The position numbers and the translations under genes were made by a program. From a virus (taxonomy: Duplodnaviria > Caudoviricetes), in IMG/VR virus record IMGVR_UViG_3300028840_003750, positions 1 to 58,460 of that record: a stretch of DNA of 58,460 nucleotides. One strand, 5' to 3'. Numbering within the stretch: position 1 is the stretch's first letter; every line of letters begins with the position of its first letter. Below the pieces are notes generated by a model. It did not search any database. It was not told the DNA's origin and saw nothing but the letters and a program-made list of their open reading frames with translations. Shown piece by piece: positions 45,373 through 54,563 of this stretch.

Positions 45373-45774
45373 CTAACTCTTGAAGTAGCTCGCTATGCCA
45401 GATGCTACAACCCTACCGAGGAAGTCATCGCACGAACAGCTAGCGATACTCTCTCCACAAGCTGTGCAATACGGTAGCTGCTCAGTAGGCTCAACATTGT
45501 CAAACCAAACCATTAGCTCGTCGGCTCGCCTAGCCTCTGGCGTATTGAAGTAAGCATGAGCGTACTGCTCAGCTGTATGATGCGCACCTATCTCCCCAGT
45601 TACTGTGAGACAGTAAACATCAAAGTCTTCTTCTTTCAGCCTAATGAGGTATTCTAGGTTACCGTGCTTTGATGCGAGATCTTGCATTTCGCCAAAGCAT
45701 GTGCAGTCAGTAGACTTCTTATTGTCTATTGGCTTATACTGTGGCCACACACTGCTATTATTAGGATCTGGCAT
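45373..45774 (-). CDS. Hypothetical protein with C-terminal Cys cluster
   Basis: CTAC...CSC. Confidence 0.65.
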   Translation of the reverse strand: MPDPNNSSVWPQYKPIDNKKSTDCTCFGEMQDLASKHGNLEYLIRLKEEDFDVYCLTVTGEIGAHHTAEQYAHAYFNTPEARRADELMVWFDNVEPTEQLPYCTACGESIASCSCDDFLGRVVASGIASYFKS

Positions 45775-45923
45775 TTGCTAATCCGTTTCATTGCTGCCCA
45801 GTAAGCTACCCGTTTCCAAAGCTGTCTCTCAGCTCGCTTGCTGCAACGTCGCATGCGTCTAGATCTGTCATCGACATGTGGTGATAGATGATGCCAGATC
45901 TTCCAGTGTCCAATAGGTCTCAT
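45726..45923 (-). CDS. Small basic hypothetical protein
   Basis: ATGA coupling. Confidence 0.5.
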   Translation of the reverse strand: MRPIGHWKIWHHLSPHVDDRSRRMRRCSKRAERQLWKRVAYWAAMKRISKCQILIIAVCGHSISQ

Positions 45924-46123
45924 TGACTATCCAGCCATTTCACGCCTTCAAAAAAGACATAGTCATACCTTGGATGTCTGTATGTGCTTTGCTCTTTTCT
46001 TAGCCTCTTCTGCTTGACCTTTTCAGCCAACCTCTTCTGAATCTTCTCACGAAGACTATGCAGCTTTTGATCTTCAATGCACATGCTGTGTTCGCATTGC
46101 ATCCTCATGGTCAGCCCAAGCAA
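45920..46123 (-). CDS. Small basic hypothetical protein
   Basis: In the operon; start uncertain. Confidence 0.5.
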   Translation of the reverse strand: MLGLTMRMQCEHSMCIEDQKLHSLREKIQKRLAEKVKQKRLRKEQSTYRHPRYDYVFFEGVKWLDSQ

Positions 46124-46679
46124 GAATCAGCTTCTTGTGAAGCCATCTTTCTGGACTGCCTTTCGGATAAACATCATCTGGGAAACATGACAGTGCTGCT
46201 ACAAGATCACCTTTATCGATCAAGCTATCGCGTTCAAAACTAAAACCATGCTTTGATAGCAAATTGGTAATAGCTGAAACCTGTGAAGCTATCAAACCTG
46301 TAAACCATTCGTTGATAACAGGCTCTGCTAGCTCAAGATATGCTTGAACGGTAGTCTGCACCTCAGCATGTATCTTGATCTCTTTGGTCACAGCTCCGTC
46401 GAAGCGTTCCCACAACATCTCTATACGACGCGGGTCACCACCTTCAAGAGCATCGTCAAGCAGCTTCTTGATAAGCTTGTATGGTAGCCCACGCTCTGGC
46501 TCACCTTCTTCATCGAGACCTCTGCGCTTTGAATACTCGTCTCGTATGACCTGTAGCGCTTGGGTCATGGTCATAGGATAGCGTGCATCCTTGCGTATCC
46601 TTCTAGGTCGACCCTTTGGCTTTCCACCAGGGTTAGGACTCTTACCCTTTTGGAATTTGGTATCCTTGACCTGAGACAT
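46074..46679 (-). CDS. Probable terminase small subunit (DUF5681-like N-terminus)
   Basis: FQKGKSPNPGGKPKG...ALEGGD..IEMLWERFDG; upstream of TerL. Confidence 0.65.
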   Translation of the reverse strand: MSQVKDTKFQKGKSPNPGGKPKGRPRRIRKDARYPMTMTQALQVIRDEYSKRRGLDEEGEPERGLPYKLIKKLLDDALEGGDPRRIEMLWERFDGAVTKEIKIHAEVQTTVQAYLELAEPVINEWFTGLIASQVSAITNLLSKHGFSFERDSLIDKGDLVAALSCFPDDVYPKGSPERWLHKKLILAWADHEDAMRTQHVH

Positions 46680-46775
46680 TCATCCGATCACTTGCTATGT
46701 CAAGTAGCTCAGCTTCAAGCTACTTTCAACCTGAGACATGCCTGAAACCTATGTGCCGAGCTGTAGTAAGACTCT

Positions 46776-47231
46776 CTACATACCCATACATGACTTGCAT
46801 CGTCCACAGGTGCAATTGTCTATACCAGACCCAGTGTATGTTGGCTCAGTTGATCGCATCTGTCTGACGATTGGCTCATTGAGCTTTCTTTTGGCTTCAC
46901 GATCCTTACGCTCTATTTCTTCACTGACCATTCGCAGCACCTTACTAGGAAGCAGTTCCGAGATTTCAGATCTGACAGCATCATACCTGCTTACAGCATC
47001 ATCAAGCAGCTGCCTGAGCTTCGATGACATTTCAGAAGGCTGAACACCTTTAGGAACATGCACCTCAACATAGCTGGCAAGAACATTAGGCCTACTTGCC
47101 TCAATATGTAGCTTGGTTATATGCTTCCAAATGTCATGCTCAAGAAGATCACTATACTGAAAGCTACCATGACGCCACCTAATAGTAACAACATGACCAG
47201 AGCAGCCAGTGTTATGATCTACCATCTTCAT
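46776..47231 (-). CDS. Hypothetical protein with C-terminal Cys cluster
   Basis: CTCGRCKSC. Confidence 0.65.
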   Translation of the reverse strand: MKMVDHNTGCSGHVVTIRWRHGSFQYSDLLEHDIWKHITKLHIEASRPNVLASYVEVHVPKGVQPSEMSSKLRQLLDDAVSRYDAVRSEISELLPSKVLRMVSEEIERKDREAKRKLNEPIVRQMRSTEPTYTGSGIDNCTCGRCKSCMGM

Positions 47232-47251
47232 TAAAATGCTTGGCGTATCAG

Positions 47252-47566
47252 CTAATCAGAAACGCCACCAAGACGACCACATGCATCTAGCGCATTTGGT
47301 AGCCACTTACACTCTTTGATAGCAAAGATCCTGTTGATGCACATAGAGGCAACTTCATCAGTATTAATGATCCCAATGTCATCCATCAGCTCGGGACAGC
47401 TGAGAGATATAGGATCACAGTCAAGCTGCTCGTTCCTAACTAGCATTGCAGCACGGATAAGCTGACAGTAGTCTGGCTCTACTGTAACAGAATCTTCTCT
47501 TACAGTAGCAACACAAGAAATAAAGAAACATGTTCCTAAAAGGACAATCCTATCAACCTTGTTCAT
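47252..47566 (-). CDS. Putative Cys-rich lipoprotein
   Basis: Hydrophobic N-terminus ending in FISC. Confidence 0.55.
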   Translation of the reverse strand: MNKVDRIVLLGTCFFISCVATVREDSVTVEPDYCQLIRAAMLVRNEQLDCDPISLSCPELMDDIGIINTDEVASMCINRIFAIKECKWLPNALDACGRLGGVSD

Positions 47567-47919
47567 GGCTTATCCCTATATGCTTTACCGCATATCTCAG
47601 ATGCCTGACCAGCTAACGAATCGTCAACTCCAAAGACATGATCTAGTTTCTCACCTTGCCAATCATCGAAGGCAGAGTCACCCTCCTCATATATACGCAA
47701 GGCAACACATGCAACCTGTATAGCTTCAGATCTTACCTCTGAAACAGGTTTCTTCTTTAGGTAAGCTTCGGCTAGCTCTCCTATCTCTTCTTGCAAAGCT
47801 GCTAGCAGATGGCGATTACCAGGGAACTTGCTCCTAGCAGACTCAACCTCATATGAGAGACTGATCAGAGTCTCGGTTGAAGGACCTTGCGCCAGCTCTC
47901 TACCAGTTCCCCTTGCCAT
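47563..47919 (-). CDS. MazG-like NTP pyrophosphohydrolase
   Basis: LQEEIGELAEA...EAIQVACVALR. Confidence 0.75.
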   Translation of the reverse strand: MARGTGRELAQGPSTETLISLSYEVESARSKFPGNRHLLAALQEEIGELAEAYLKKKPVSEVRSEAIQVACVALRIYEEGDSAFDDWQGEKLDHVFGVDDSLAGQASEICGKAYRDKP

Positions 47920-47967
47920 GTAGCACCCTTATTTATCGTAGGTGGGGTGAGTTGTCAGGAGGTTACA

Positions 47968-48201
47968 CTACCGAGACGAACGAGACTCAAGCTCCTTCTC
48001 GTAAGACAGGATTGACTCGTACAGATCCGGAGCGTCGCGACGAAGTCCGGCCCTCGTGATCCGGTAGCTGTCTCCTACCGTGGAAACACTTAGCTTTCCC
48101 TTTTTAATCCACTTATATACGGCCTGTCGAGACAAGCCTATAAGCTTGGCAAAAGCTGCTACTGACCACCAGATCGCAGGCGTTTTCCCGCTGTCTCCCA
48201 T
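47968..48201 (-). CDS. Excisionase-like (HTH_17) DNA-binding protein
   Basis: SVAAFAKLIGLSRQAVYKWIKKGKL...GDSYRI. Confidence 0.8.
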   Translation of the reverse strand: MGDSGKTPAIWWSVAAFAKLIGLSRQAVYKWIKKGKLSVSTVGDSYRITRAGLRRDAPDLYESILSYEKELESRSSR

Positions 48202-48719
48202 GACTCAACCGCTTGCTCCAGCAGGAAATCCGCCTCCCTGCGCATTTTTTCTACCGTCTCGCTTAACGGGGACGTGATCACCTTCCCCCGTGGTAGCTTA
48301 CCAATCAGCCACTTTGCTACCCTGATAGCATGACACCGCTGCATATCCAGCTCTGACCTATACCAATCCTGTACAGTAGATGTCATGAGAACAGGACCAG
48401 CTAACAGACCAAACATAGAAGCTAGCTCATCAGGTTGTCTGCCACAGTAAGCTATTAACAGCACACATCTGTGATCACGTGACATACCACGAAGTTGATC
48501 CTGTGTGCGACCTAGCTCCATTGAAAGAGACAGTAGAGATATCTGCTGAGAGTGAGCATCATCAGATGTAGCATATGTCTTGCTACCTATCTTGCCAGCC
48601 ATCATGGCGTCAACCATGATGCCCCATGAGCTGCTCAACAGTGTTGAGCCACTATAGCAGTCTATTGCCTGATAGTAGCTTCTGAGCCTAAGCTCATCTC
48701 TTCCGGTCAACCTGCTCAT
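48159..48719 (-). CDS. Hypothetical protein, possible late-transcription regulator
   Basis: Position before the late genes; LRGMSRDHRCVLLIAY is sigma4/Q-like (weak). Confidence 0.45.
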   Translation of the reverse strand: MSRLTGRDELRLRSYYQAIDCYSGSTLLSSSWGIMVDAMMAGKIGSKTYATSDDAHSQQISLLSLSMELGRTQDQLRGMSRDHRCVLLIAYCGRQPDELASMFGLLAGPVLMTSTVQDWYRSELDMQRCHAIRVAKWLIGKLPRGKVITSPLSETVEKMRREADFLLEQAVESWETAGKRLRSGGQ

Positions 48720-49034
48720 TCAGTTAAGCTGATGCTCCTCTAGCTCTGGCATGCGTCTAAACTCACATGTCTCGTCACAGACTTATTCCAGTTGCGGCGA
48801 TAGGTGTCGGCACAACCATCTGTCTCAGATAACATGTTCAATGGCGATCGGTTGTAATTGTGGCCGGCTAAGCTGTCCTCTTGAGGTTAAGCTAAAGAAG
48901 ACATGATTGACAATCCACTACGGGTCAATGCTACCTAGCCGAACACTCCCTGTTTTTACAGACAACGTTGGCTGGATTACCTGGCAAGGGTATGGTAGCT
49001 CTGTGCCTACCTGTCGAGCTACACTATCAGCCGG

Positions 49035-49107
49035 AGCTAACGAGTGGAATCGAACCACCAACCCGATGCTTACAAGGCATCTGCTCTGCCTATTGAGCTA
49101 CGCCAGC
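49035..49107 (-). tRNA. tRNA-Thr(TGT)
   Basis: GCTGGCG/CGTTAGC acceptor, GATGC-CTTGTAA-GCATC anticodon arm, GGTTCGATTCC T-arm. Confidence 0.9.
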
Positions 49108-49288
49108 ATGGCTCATCACCGCCGGTATGCGCTATTGTCGACTGCGCCTAACTTGTACCTGGCTCAAGGTAATGCTTCGGAAGCCTCCGATAAACGACAC
49201 TTCAGATCATAGGCACTTCTCCGTCTAATCTAGAGCAGCTGCAATCTACTTTTTGGTATCTACAGCAGCTGCTAAGCTAAAAATAGTT

Positions 49289-49400
49289 GACTACACATGA
49301 TGACCTCACGTTGCAGCGCGAGTGGTTTGCCACTTGAGACTTTCTTATAGACTGTGCCTATCCAGGTATAGTCTACCCAAGCTTAGTGTCATGTGTAATC
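49289..49400 (-). ncRNA. Candidate multi-branch structured RNA between the tRNAs
   Basis: 12-bp closing stem GATTACACATGA/TCATGTGTAGTC enclosing TAGACT/AGTCTA, AGTGG-CAAA-CCACT and CTCGCG/CGTGAG. Confidence 0.45.
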
Positions 49401-49402
49401 GG

Positions 49403-49477
<75 letters not shown>

Positions 49478-49589
49478 TTAGCGCTACACGAGCTGCACCC
49501 CGTGTAGCAAGATCTCAACGCACCCAGAACCAGAAAGAACATAGGCGCGTCAAGAGCCATTGATCACTCTACCAAGTTGACGCCAGTTG

Positions 49590-49841
49590 TCAACCTAAAT
49601 CTTCGCTAGCGTCGTTTTTCTTCGGCCGCACGAGCCGCAGCCGCGGACCGCTCTCCTTCCGTACCGGTCTTACGCACCGGCGCACGTCATACGCTGAGAG
49701 CCGCCGTCGCGCCTCACCAACAGCCCGTAGCCATTCGCAGCTGTCAACATGCGAACCATTGCTCTTACACTTATGGTTACTGCAACCATTGCGGCTCAGC
49801 TCATTAAGCAGCTTCACCAGCAGCTCTCGCTCCAGAGACAT
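49590..49841 (-). CDS. Hypothetical protein
   Basis: In the operon; C..C..H...C. Confidence 0.6.
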   Translation of the reverse strand: MSLERELLVKLLNELSRNGCSNHKCKSNGSHVDSCEWLRAVGEARRRLSAYDVRRCVRPVRKESGPRLRLVRPKKNDASEDLG

Positions 49842-49843
49842 AG

Positions 49844-50533
49844 CTACAGCTCTACCTTGAGCTTGTTAGCAAGCTCTGCCATACGATCCCATTTCTCTCT
49901 TCCGAAAGCCAATCCAACATGCAAAACACTTACAGCATATGAGCTGTTGGAAACCATCTCAGACACCAAGCATGCTAGCTCAAGATGTTCTTCATGCTCT
50001 TCGATGATCTCTTCACCCAACATGCCTACCATCGCTTCAATGAACCGCTGCCAATGCTTTAGCGCTTCCCTTCTTTCAGGTGACCAAAGGATCATTGGTA
50101 CACCGTCACAAGTCGGACAGCTCTCACGCTCTGCTATAGTGATCTCTACAGCCTGATAACCTGGTAGCTTGTTGCCAGGCTTTCGCTGATCATAATACAC
50201 GCGTAGCCTTTTGCTACGATCATCTATTCCAAGAAAGTCACACACGCCATCCAGACAGCTCTTTAGACTACCTGGAAGATTATCCCATGGATCAAGCTCA
50301 TTGTTGGCTATGCGCACAAGCAAAATGTCAAGCTTAACACTAGGATCTCTAAGCTTCTGCTGTAGCTCGATAACATCATATCTCAAGCGCAAAGAATCAC
50401 GAACAGGTCTCCGCTGTCTCTTGGCTTTTTTACCAACTACATTATAATGATCCTTCTTGTTGGCACGTGATTCTAGTATGAGTGGTATCTCAATCGGACC
50501 TATCAGAATCATCATTAAACCACTAAAAAGCAA
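49844..50533 (-). CDS. RusA-like Holliday junction resolvase
   Basis: LDPWDNLPGSLKSCLDGVCDFLGIDD. Confidence 0.75.
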   Translation of the reverse strand: MLFSGLMMILIGPIEIPLILESRANKKDHYNVVGKKAKRQRRPVRDSLRLRYDVIELQQKLRDPSVKLDILLVRIANNELDPWDNLPGSLKSCLDGVCDFLGIDDRSKRLRVYYDQRKPGNKLPGYQAVEITIAERESCPTCDGVPMILWSPERREALKHWQRFIEAMVGMLGEEIIEEHEEHLELACLVSEMVSNSSYAVSVLHVGLAFGREKWDRMAELANKLKVEL

Positions 50534-50963
50534 GAGACGACTGATCGTAAGCTATAATACCAAACCCACATCTTCGAGCATTATCAGTAGCCTCACGAAC
50601 AGTTTCCCAAGAACCGTAAATCTCGCTAGGATCAACAGAATCATAGAATCCATAACCTGAATCCTTAGACGTCACAACGGCTGCAACACCATAGTCCTTA
50701 TACACTTCAACATCAGCTGCAAAAGCAGATGCTTGCTTGCTAGGCATACCTATAGTACGAGCATACCTATACCGTCGCACAAGATTATCTTCGGCAAGCT
50801 CCTGCTCCTGACATCTCCTGCATAGTGGATGCTTCAGCCTCTCTTTAAGCATGAATACGCTAGGAGCTATCGCACCTAGCAGCCCAACCACAATAACAGG
50901 ATTCTTGCTAGCACAACTGGCGCATAACCCTTGCAAAACTCTCACAAGCTCATACCACTTCAT
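50523..50963 (-). CDS. Hypothetical zinc-binding protein
   Basis: CASC...CRRC; start refined. Confidence 0.6.
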   Translation of the reverse strand: MKWYELVRVLQGLCASCASKNPVIVVGLLGAIAPSVFMLKERLKHPLCRRCQEQELAEDNLVRRYRYARTIGMPSKQASAFAADVEVYKDYGVAAVVTSKDSGYGFYDSVDPSEIYGSWETVREATDNARRCGFGIIAYDQSSLAF

Positions 50964-51345
50964 ACCGTTTCTCTCCGTATACCCAAACGTCAAAATCATT
51001 GCACCTAGCAATGTTGATCATATGCCATGTACCATTGCTACCAGGAAGTGGAAACCCAAGAACCTTACACCAGTATCCACAATCCCTAAGATATTTCAAA
51101 ACCTCTACCATACGAGTGTTTCTCTTAGGGCCGGCTAATCTGCCTTCTAGCTCCCACCGGGCAGCCATTGGTAAAACAGACCAGCGATATTCGCTTGCTA
51201 TGATTCCAGCAATCCTATCAACACCACGACAATCACCATGTATCAGCACATGGTGCACACCACGTTCATAGTGCGCCATCATCTGATCGTGGATTACCGT
51301 TCTGTCAACCCAGTCTCTGCTTCCTGTTACAAGGATTGCTTTCAT
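50950..51345 (-). CDS. SLOG-family YspA/DUF2493 protein
   Basis: ILVTGSRDW, LIHGDCRGVD, AGPKRN and GSNGTWHM. Confidence 0.85.
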   Translation of the reverse strand: MKAILVTGSRDWVDRTVIHDQMMAHYERGVHHVLIHGDCRGVDRIAGIIASEYRWSVLPMAARWELEGRLAGPKRNTRMVEVLKYLRDCGYWCKVLGFPLPGSNGTWHMINIARCNDFDVWVYGEKRYEVV

Positions 51346-53096
51346 CAGCTTTCTTTCAGTGATTCCTTGAACCACTTGCAATCAAGACTGTTGTGCGTAT
51401 CAGTTTCACAGCTATCACACCAAAGCGCACTTGGCTCAGGCCTTACCTTAGCTCCACCTATAGCCATATCACCCCCCAGCTTCTTGATGAGCTGTCCTGC
51501 TTGCTCAGGTGCTTGCTGTTTAGTAAAAGGCTTACTTGTAACATCAGAGCTAACCGAAAGCGTATTGGTCATCTCTTGCAAGGTAGCACGTCTGGTTTTC
51601 GGATCTGGCCCGGAAGGTGGAACATATCTCTCTTTCTTCCTAGGCTTAACTGGCTCTTCTCTTTCTTTGGCCTTAGCCCTAGCTGATGCATACTCATGCT
51701 CATGCATGGCTGTCAGATGACGTAAGTGCTTGATGCATTCCCTGCCTGACTTAAGCTCACCAGTCTCAAGCTTGTGATCTTGGGCCTCTTGTGCAACTAT
51801 ACCGATACACTCGAAAACACGTTCAACTGTTAGCTTGTTTGGACTGTTAGGTCCTAGCCTAGCAGCATGCCAGTTTGCTACACCTACCCTGTCACCTATC
51901 CCGTCTAGGGTGGCATGGGACAGCAATGCTTCGAGGATAGCTTGCGCTCGCTCATCATTAATACCAGGTGATAAGCCATCATGCCTTGCCATCTGCTTTC
52001 CCAGCTGGTGACACGCGCTACACAACTTGCCGTTTCCCCGATAGCGATCTTGTGCTCGACCGCATCGTCGGCAGCTGCCCTGAGAGCCGTCAGAAGGGCT
52101 CGGAGACTCTGAGGGGTCAGAGCTAGGGTCGACCCCGGATCGACGCGTCTCGGGCGAAGTCTGGCTGAGTGTTGCGGGATCCTGCCCCAGCTGCTCGGCG
52201 AGCCGCCGTCGCTTGTGCTCTCGGCAGGCTTGCTGAGCTTCACCCCTGGAGCCGTAGGTATCGCATTTCTTGCAGATGCCTGTTGGATCTGGAAAAAGCC
52301 GACCTAGGTGCTTCGCAGCCCAGTTGACTTCTGTCTCGTCACCTTGACGAATCCGCCGAGAAACGTAAACCGTGTAGTCTCCACAGTCAGAAACCCACTC
52401 ATCGCCCCGCTTGCGAAAAGCCATCAGAACCTTCTTCGCCGTCGTCTTACGCGCGCGTGCGCGCGAACCCTTCGACGTAGGAGAAGGGTTATTTGCTTCT
52501 GCTTCTGCTTCTGCTTCTGCTTGTGTGATGTTACATGACGGATACGTGACGTCACGGTGTGACGTTTCAGCGCGTAGCTGTCTTTCCCTTTCCCGCTTTG
52601 CTTCGATGCGAGCAAGAGCAGCTGCGGGGGATTCTGAGCCCTGATGGAGGTATAGATCTTTCAATCTTCTTTTTCTATCTCGATACCGCCTAGCACGATC
52701 AGCTGCGGTGTGATCTTTTTCCCGATACTTGTCAAAATTCAAAACGATATAGCCACCGGAAACCCTAGCCATACGGCGACCATCAAACTCAGGAGACCTT
52801 GACTCTGGATCCGGACTACACAGAACCTTAAGGGCTTTGATACCCTTATCTCGATCCACTCCTGCTCTGTTAGCTATACCAGGTCCAGCAGCTTCAACGA
52901 AGCCATACCATCCACGTGGTATAATCCAGCTATCAGGATCTAAAGAATCAACCTTAAGAGGCTCTGTTTCAGCTTTTAACTCTCTAGGTTTAGCCATAAG
53001 TAAAGCTGTGATGAATATGTCACGCTCTGTCTTCATAACCCAGAGCGAGCTATCTAGAATCCCTGTGTCTAGCTTAACATATGGCATCGGTATCAC
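51345..53096 (-). CDS. Putative replication initiator protein
   Basis: N-terminal YVKLDTGILDSSLW wHTH-type domain, ADRARRYR, QAEAEAEAEA linker. Confidence 0.65.
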   Translation of the reverse strand: MIPMPYVKLDTGILDSSLWVMKTERDIFITALLMAKPRELKAETEPLKVDSLDPDSWIIPRGWYGFVEAAGPGIANRAGVDRDKGIKALKVLCSPDPESRSPEFDGRRMARVSGGYIVLNFDKYREKDHTAADRARRYRDRKRRLKDLYLHQGSESPAAALARIEAKRERERQLRAETSHRDVTYPSCNITQAEAEAEAEANNPSPTSKGSRARARKTTAKKVLMAFRKRGDEWVSDCGDYTVYVSRRIRQGDETEVNWAAKHLGRLFPDPTGICKKCDTYGSRGEAQQACREHKRRRLAEQLGQDPATLSQTSPETRRSGVDPSSDPSESPSPSDGSQGSCRRCGRAQDRYRGNGKLCSACHQLGKQMARHDGLSPGINDERAQAILEALLSHATLDGIGDRVGVANWHAARLGPNSPNKLTVERVFECIGIVAQEAQDHKLETGELKSGRECIKHLRHLTAMHEHEYASARAKAKEREEPVKPRKKERYVPPSGPDPKTRRATLQEMTNTLSVSSDVTSKPFTKQQAPEQAGQLIKKLGGDMAIGGAKVRPEPSALWCDSCETDTHNSLDCKWFKESLKES

Positions 53097-53533
53097 ATAT
53101 CTGAAAGCACAGATTCCCAGGAGATAAGTATCTTCTCAGTTGACCATGGTTCAATATGTATGATGCTCCAGTCTATACCAGCATCATACTCCCATCCGTA
53201 GTCAGTCCAGTGCTTGGTAGCCCAGTATGTGGCGTAAACCAAGAACGGCTGCTCTGGTGCTACGCCTAGCTCAAGCATCTGCTTTACTACAGCTTCTTTA
53301 GGCGTTCCACTGAAACAATATTGGTACCCAAGCAACGCATCTAGCAAACCTACTGATTCGATCTCGTGGTATAGCCAATGGTTTACCGGTGGACCATGAG
53401 ACTCTAGATCGCAATATGTATCAAACTCAAGGTCACTAGGTGTGATGCTTACTTTGAAGATCGCCACATCTTGAGTATATATAGCATCGTCGTATAGCAC
53501 AACTAGGTGTGCCTCATTCTCACACATAAGCAT
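53093..53533 (-). CDS. Hypothetical protein
   Basis: In the operon. Confidence 0.65.
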   Translation of the reverse strand: MLMCENEAHLVVLYDDAIYTQDVAIFKVSITPSDLEFDTYCDLESHGPPVNHWLYHEIESVGLLDALLGYQYCFSGTPKEAVVKQMLELGVAPEQPFLVYATYWATKHWTDYGWEYDAGIDWSIIHIEPWSTEKILISWESVLSDM

Positions 53534-53536
53534 TAG

Positions 53537-53791
53537 CTACCTTCGCCATGGTCCAAAGCTATTAGCCATCGTTGTCCCCATAGCATCGACCGGCGTCTCA
53601 ACCTGTACCCCTCTTGCCTTCATTGCATCGAGAGCTTCTTGCTCATCTTCTAATATTTGCTCATCATGACATTGCTTATGCACATCGTGCTCATGACCAT
53701 CATCTCCGGTTATGGTTATGTATTGACGGCCACCAGCATTCAGCTTTCGAGAGCAATACCAGCAGAAAACTGTCTTTGCTTTTGGTTTCAT
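53537..53791 (-). CDS. Small zinc-binding protein
   Basis: CWYC...HKQC. Confidence 0.65.
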   Translation of the reverse strand: MKPKAKTVFCWYCSRKLNAGGRQYITITGDDGHEHDVHKQCHDEQILEDEQEALDAMKARGVQVETPVDAMGTTMANSFGPWRR

Positions 53792-54000
53792 CTTATACCT
53801 GGAAGCTTTTCACCGATGTAATCAGGTAGCTCCTCTATTGCCTTACGCTCAAGTCTTTGCTCAAGCTCTCTTGCTCTACGTATAGCATCGTTCAGCTTAA
53901 CCATTTGGTTAATCTTATACTCTCCTGGTGAAGCATCCAATCCGTCAATCAATATACGGAGAATCTCAGCCAGCTCTGCTTTTGATACACCTAGTCCCAT
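53788..54000 (-). CDS. Hypothetical protein
   Basis: ATGA coupling. Confidence 0.6.
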   Translation of the reverse strand: MGLGVSKAELAEILRILIDGLDASPGEYKINQMVKLNDAIRRARELEQRLERKAIEELPDYIGEKLPGIR

Positions 54001-54563
54001 ACGTCTAGATCCTTTAATGGTCTGAGCTTGGTTTCCTTTTTGAGGCCAATATCATCTGGACTAAATGGCTGTCCACTTTGCGAGCTTCCAATGCAAAAGA
54101 AACGCCTCCCACATTGAGCTGCCCATGAATCAATCATTCTCAATCTGCTTAGTATGAGACTCAAGGGAAGTGATGATCCCCATGCTCCAACAACCACTTT
54201 ACCACGCCGTATACCTTCTCTTAGATACAAATCTGCACAACAGCCAATTAGCTCAACACCTGAGCCGGACATTGTCTGAATTGATTCAGGACCAGCAACC
54301 ATGCGGGAGAATAGAAACACAGCAATGAATCCGCCAAAGCGAATCTTGAACATATTGGACGCTGTCTGACTCCAATGTTTCAAACGTCTGATAGTACGAT
54401 CGTATATATGGTTGCTGTCTTTGATACCCGGATTGCTAGAGTTTGGTGCAGTTGGGTGCAGTAGTATCCACGTGATCAGATCTCCTTGACCCTCCCATAT
54501 ACATGACAGCTCATAGCAGTGAGGCGGATTGACAACTTCCAATATACTGTCTTTGGTTTTCAT
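53991..54563 (-). CDS. DUF1643-like protein (diverged)
   Basis: WILLHPT, DRTIRR, VFLFS, VVGAWG and CIGSSQSGQPFSP. Confidence 0.65.
   Translation of the reverse strand: MKTKDSILEVVNPPHCYELSCIWEGQGDLITWILLHPTAPNSSNPGIKDSNHIYDRTIRRLKHWSQTASNMFKIRFGGFIAVFLFSRMVAGPESIQTMSGSGVELIGCCADLYLREGIRRGKVVVGAWGSSLPLSLILSRLRMIDSWAAQCGRRFFCIGSSQSGQPFSPDDIGLKKETKLRPLKDLDVWD

Noticed and set aside
38484-49031. 15-bp match AGCTACACTATCAGC at 38484 and 49017 as an att core next to tRNA-Thr
   Set aside because: About one such 15-mer match is expected by chance in 58 kb, more with AGCT bias, and there is no integrase.
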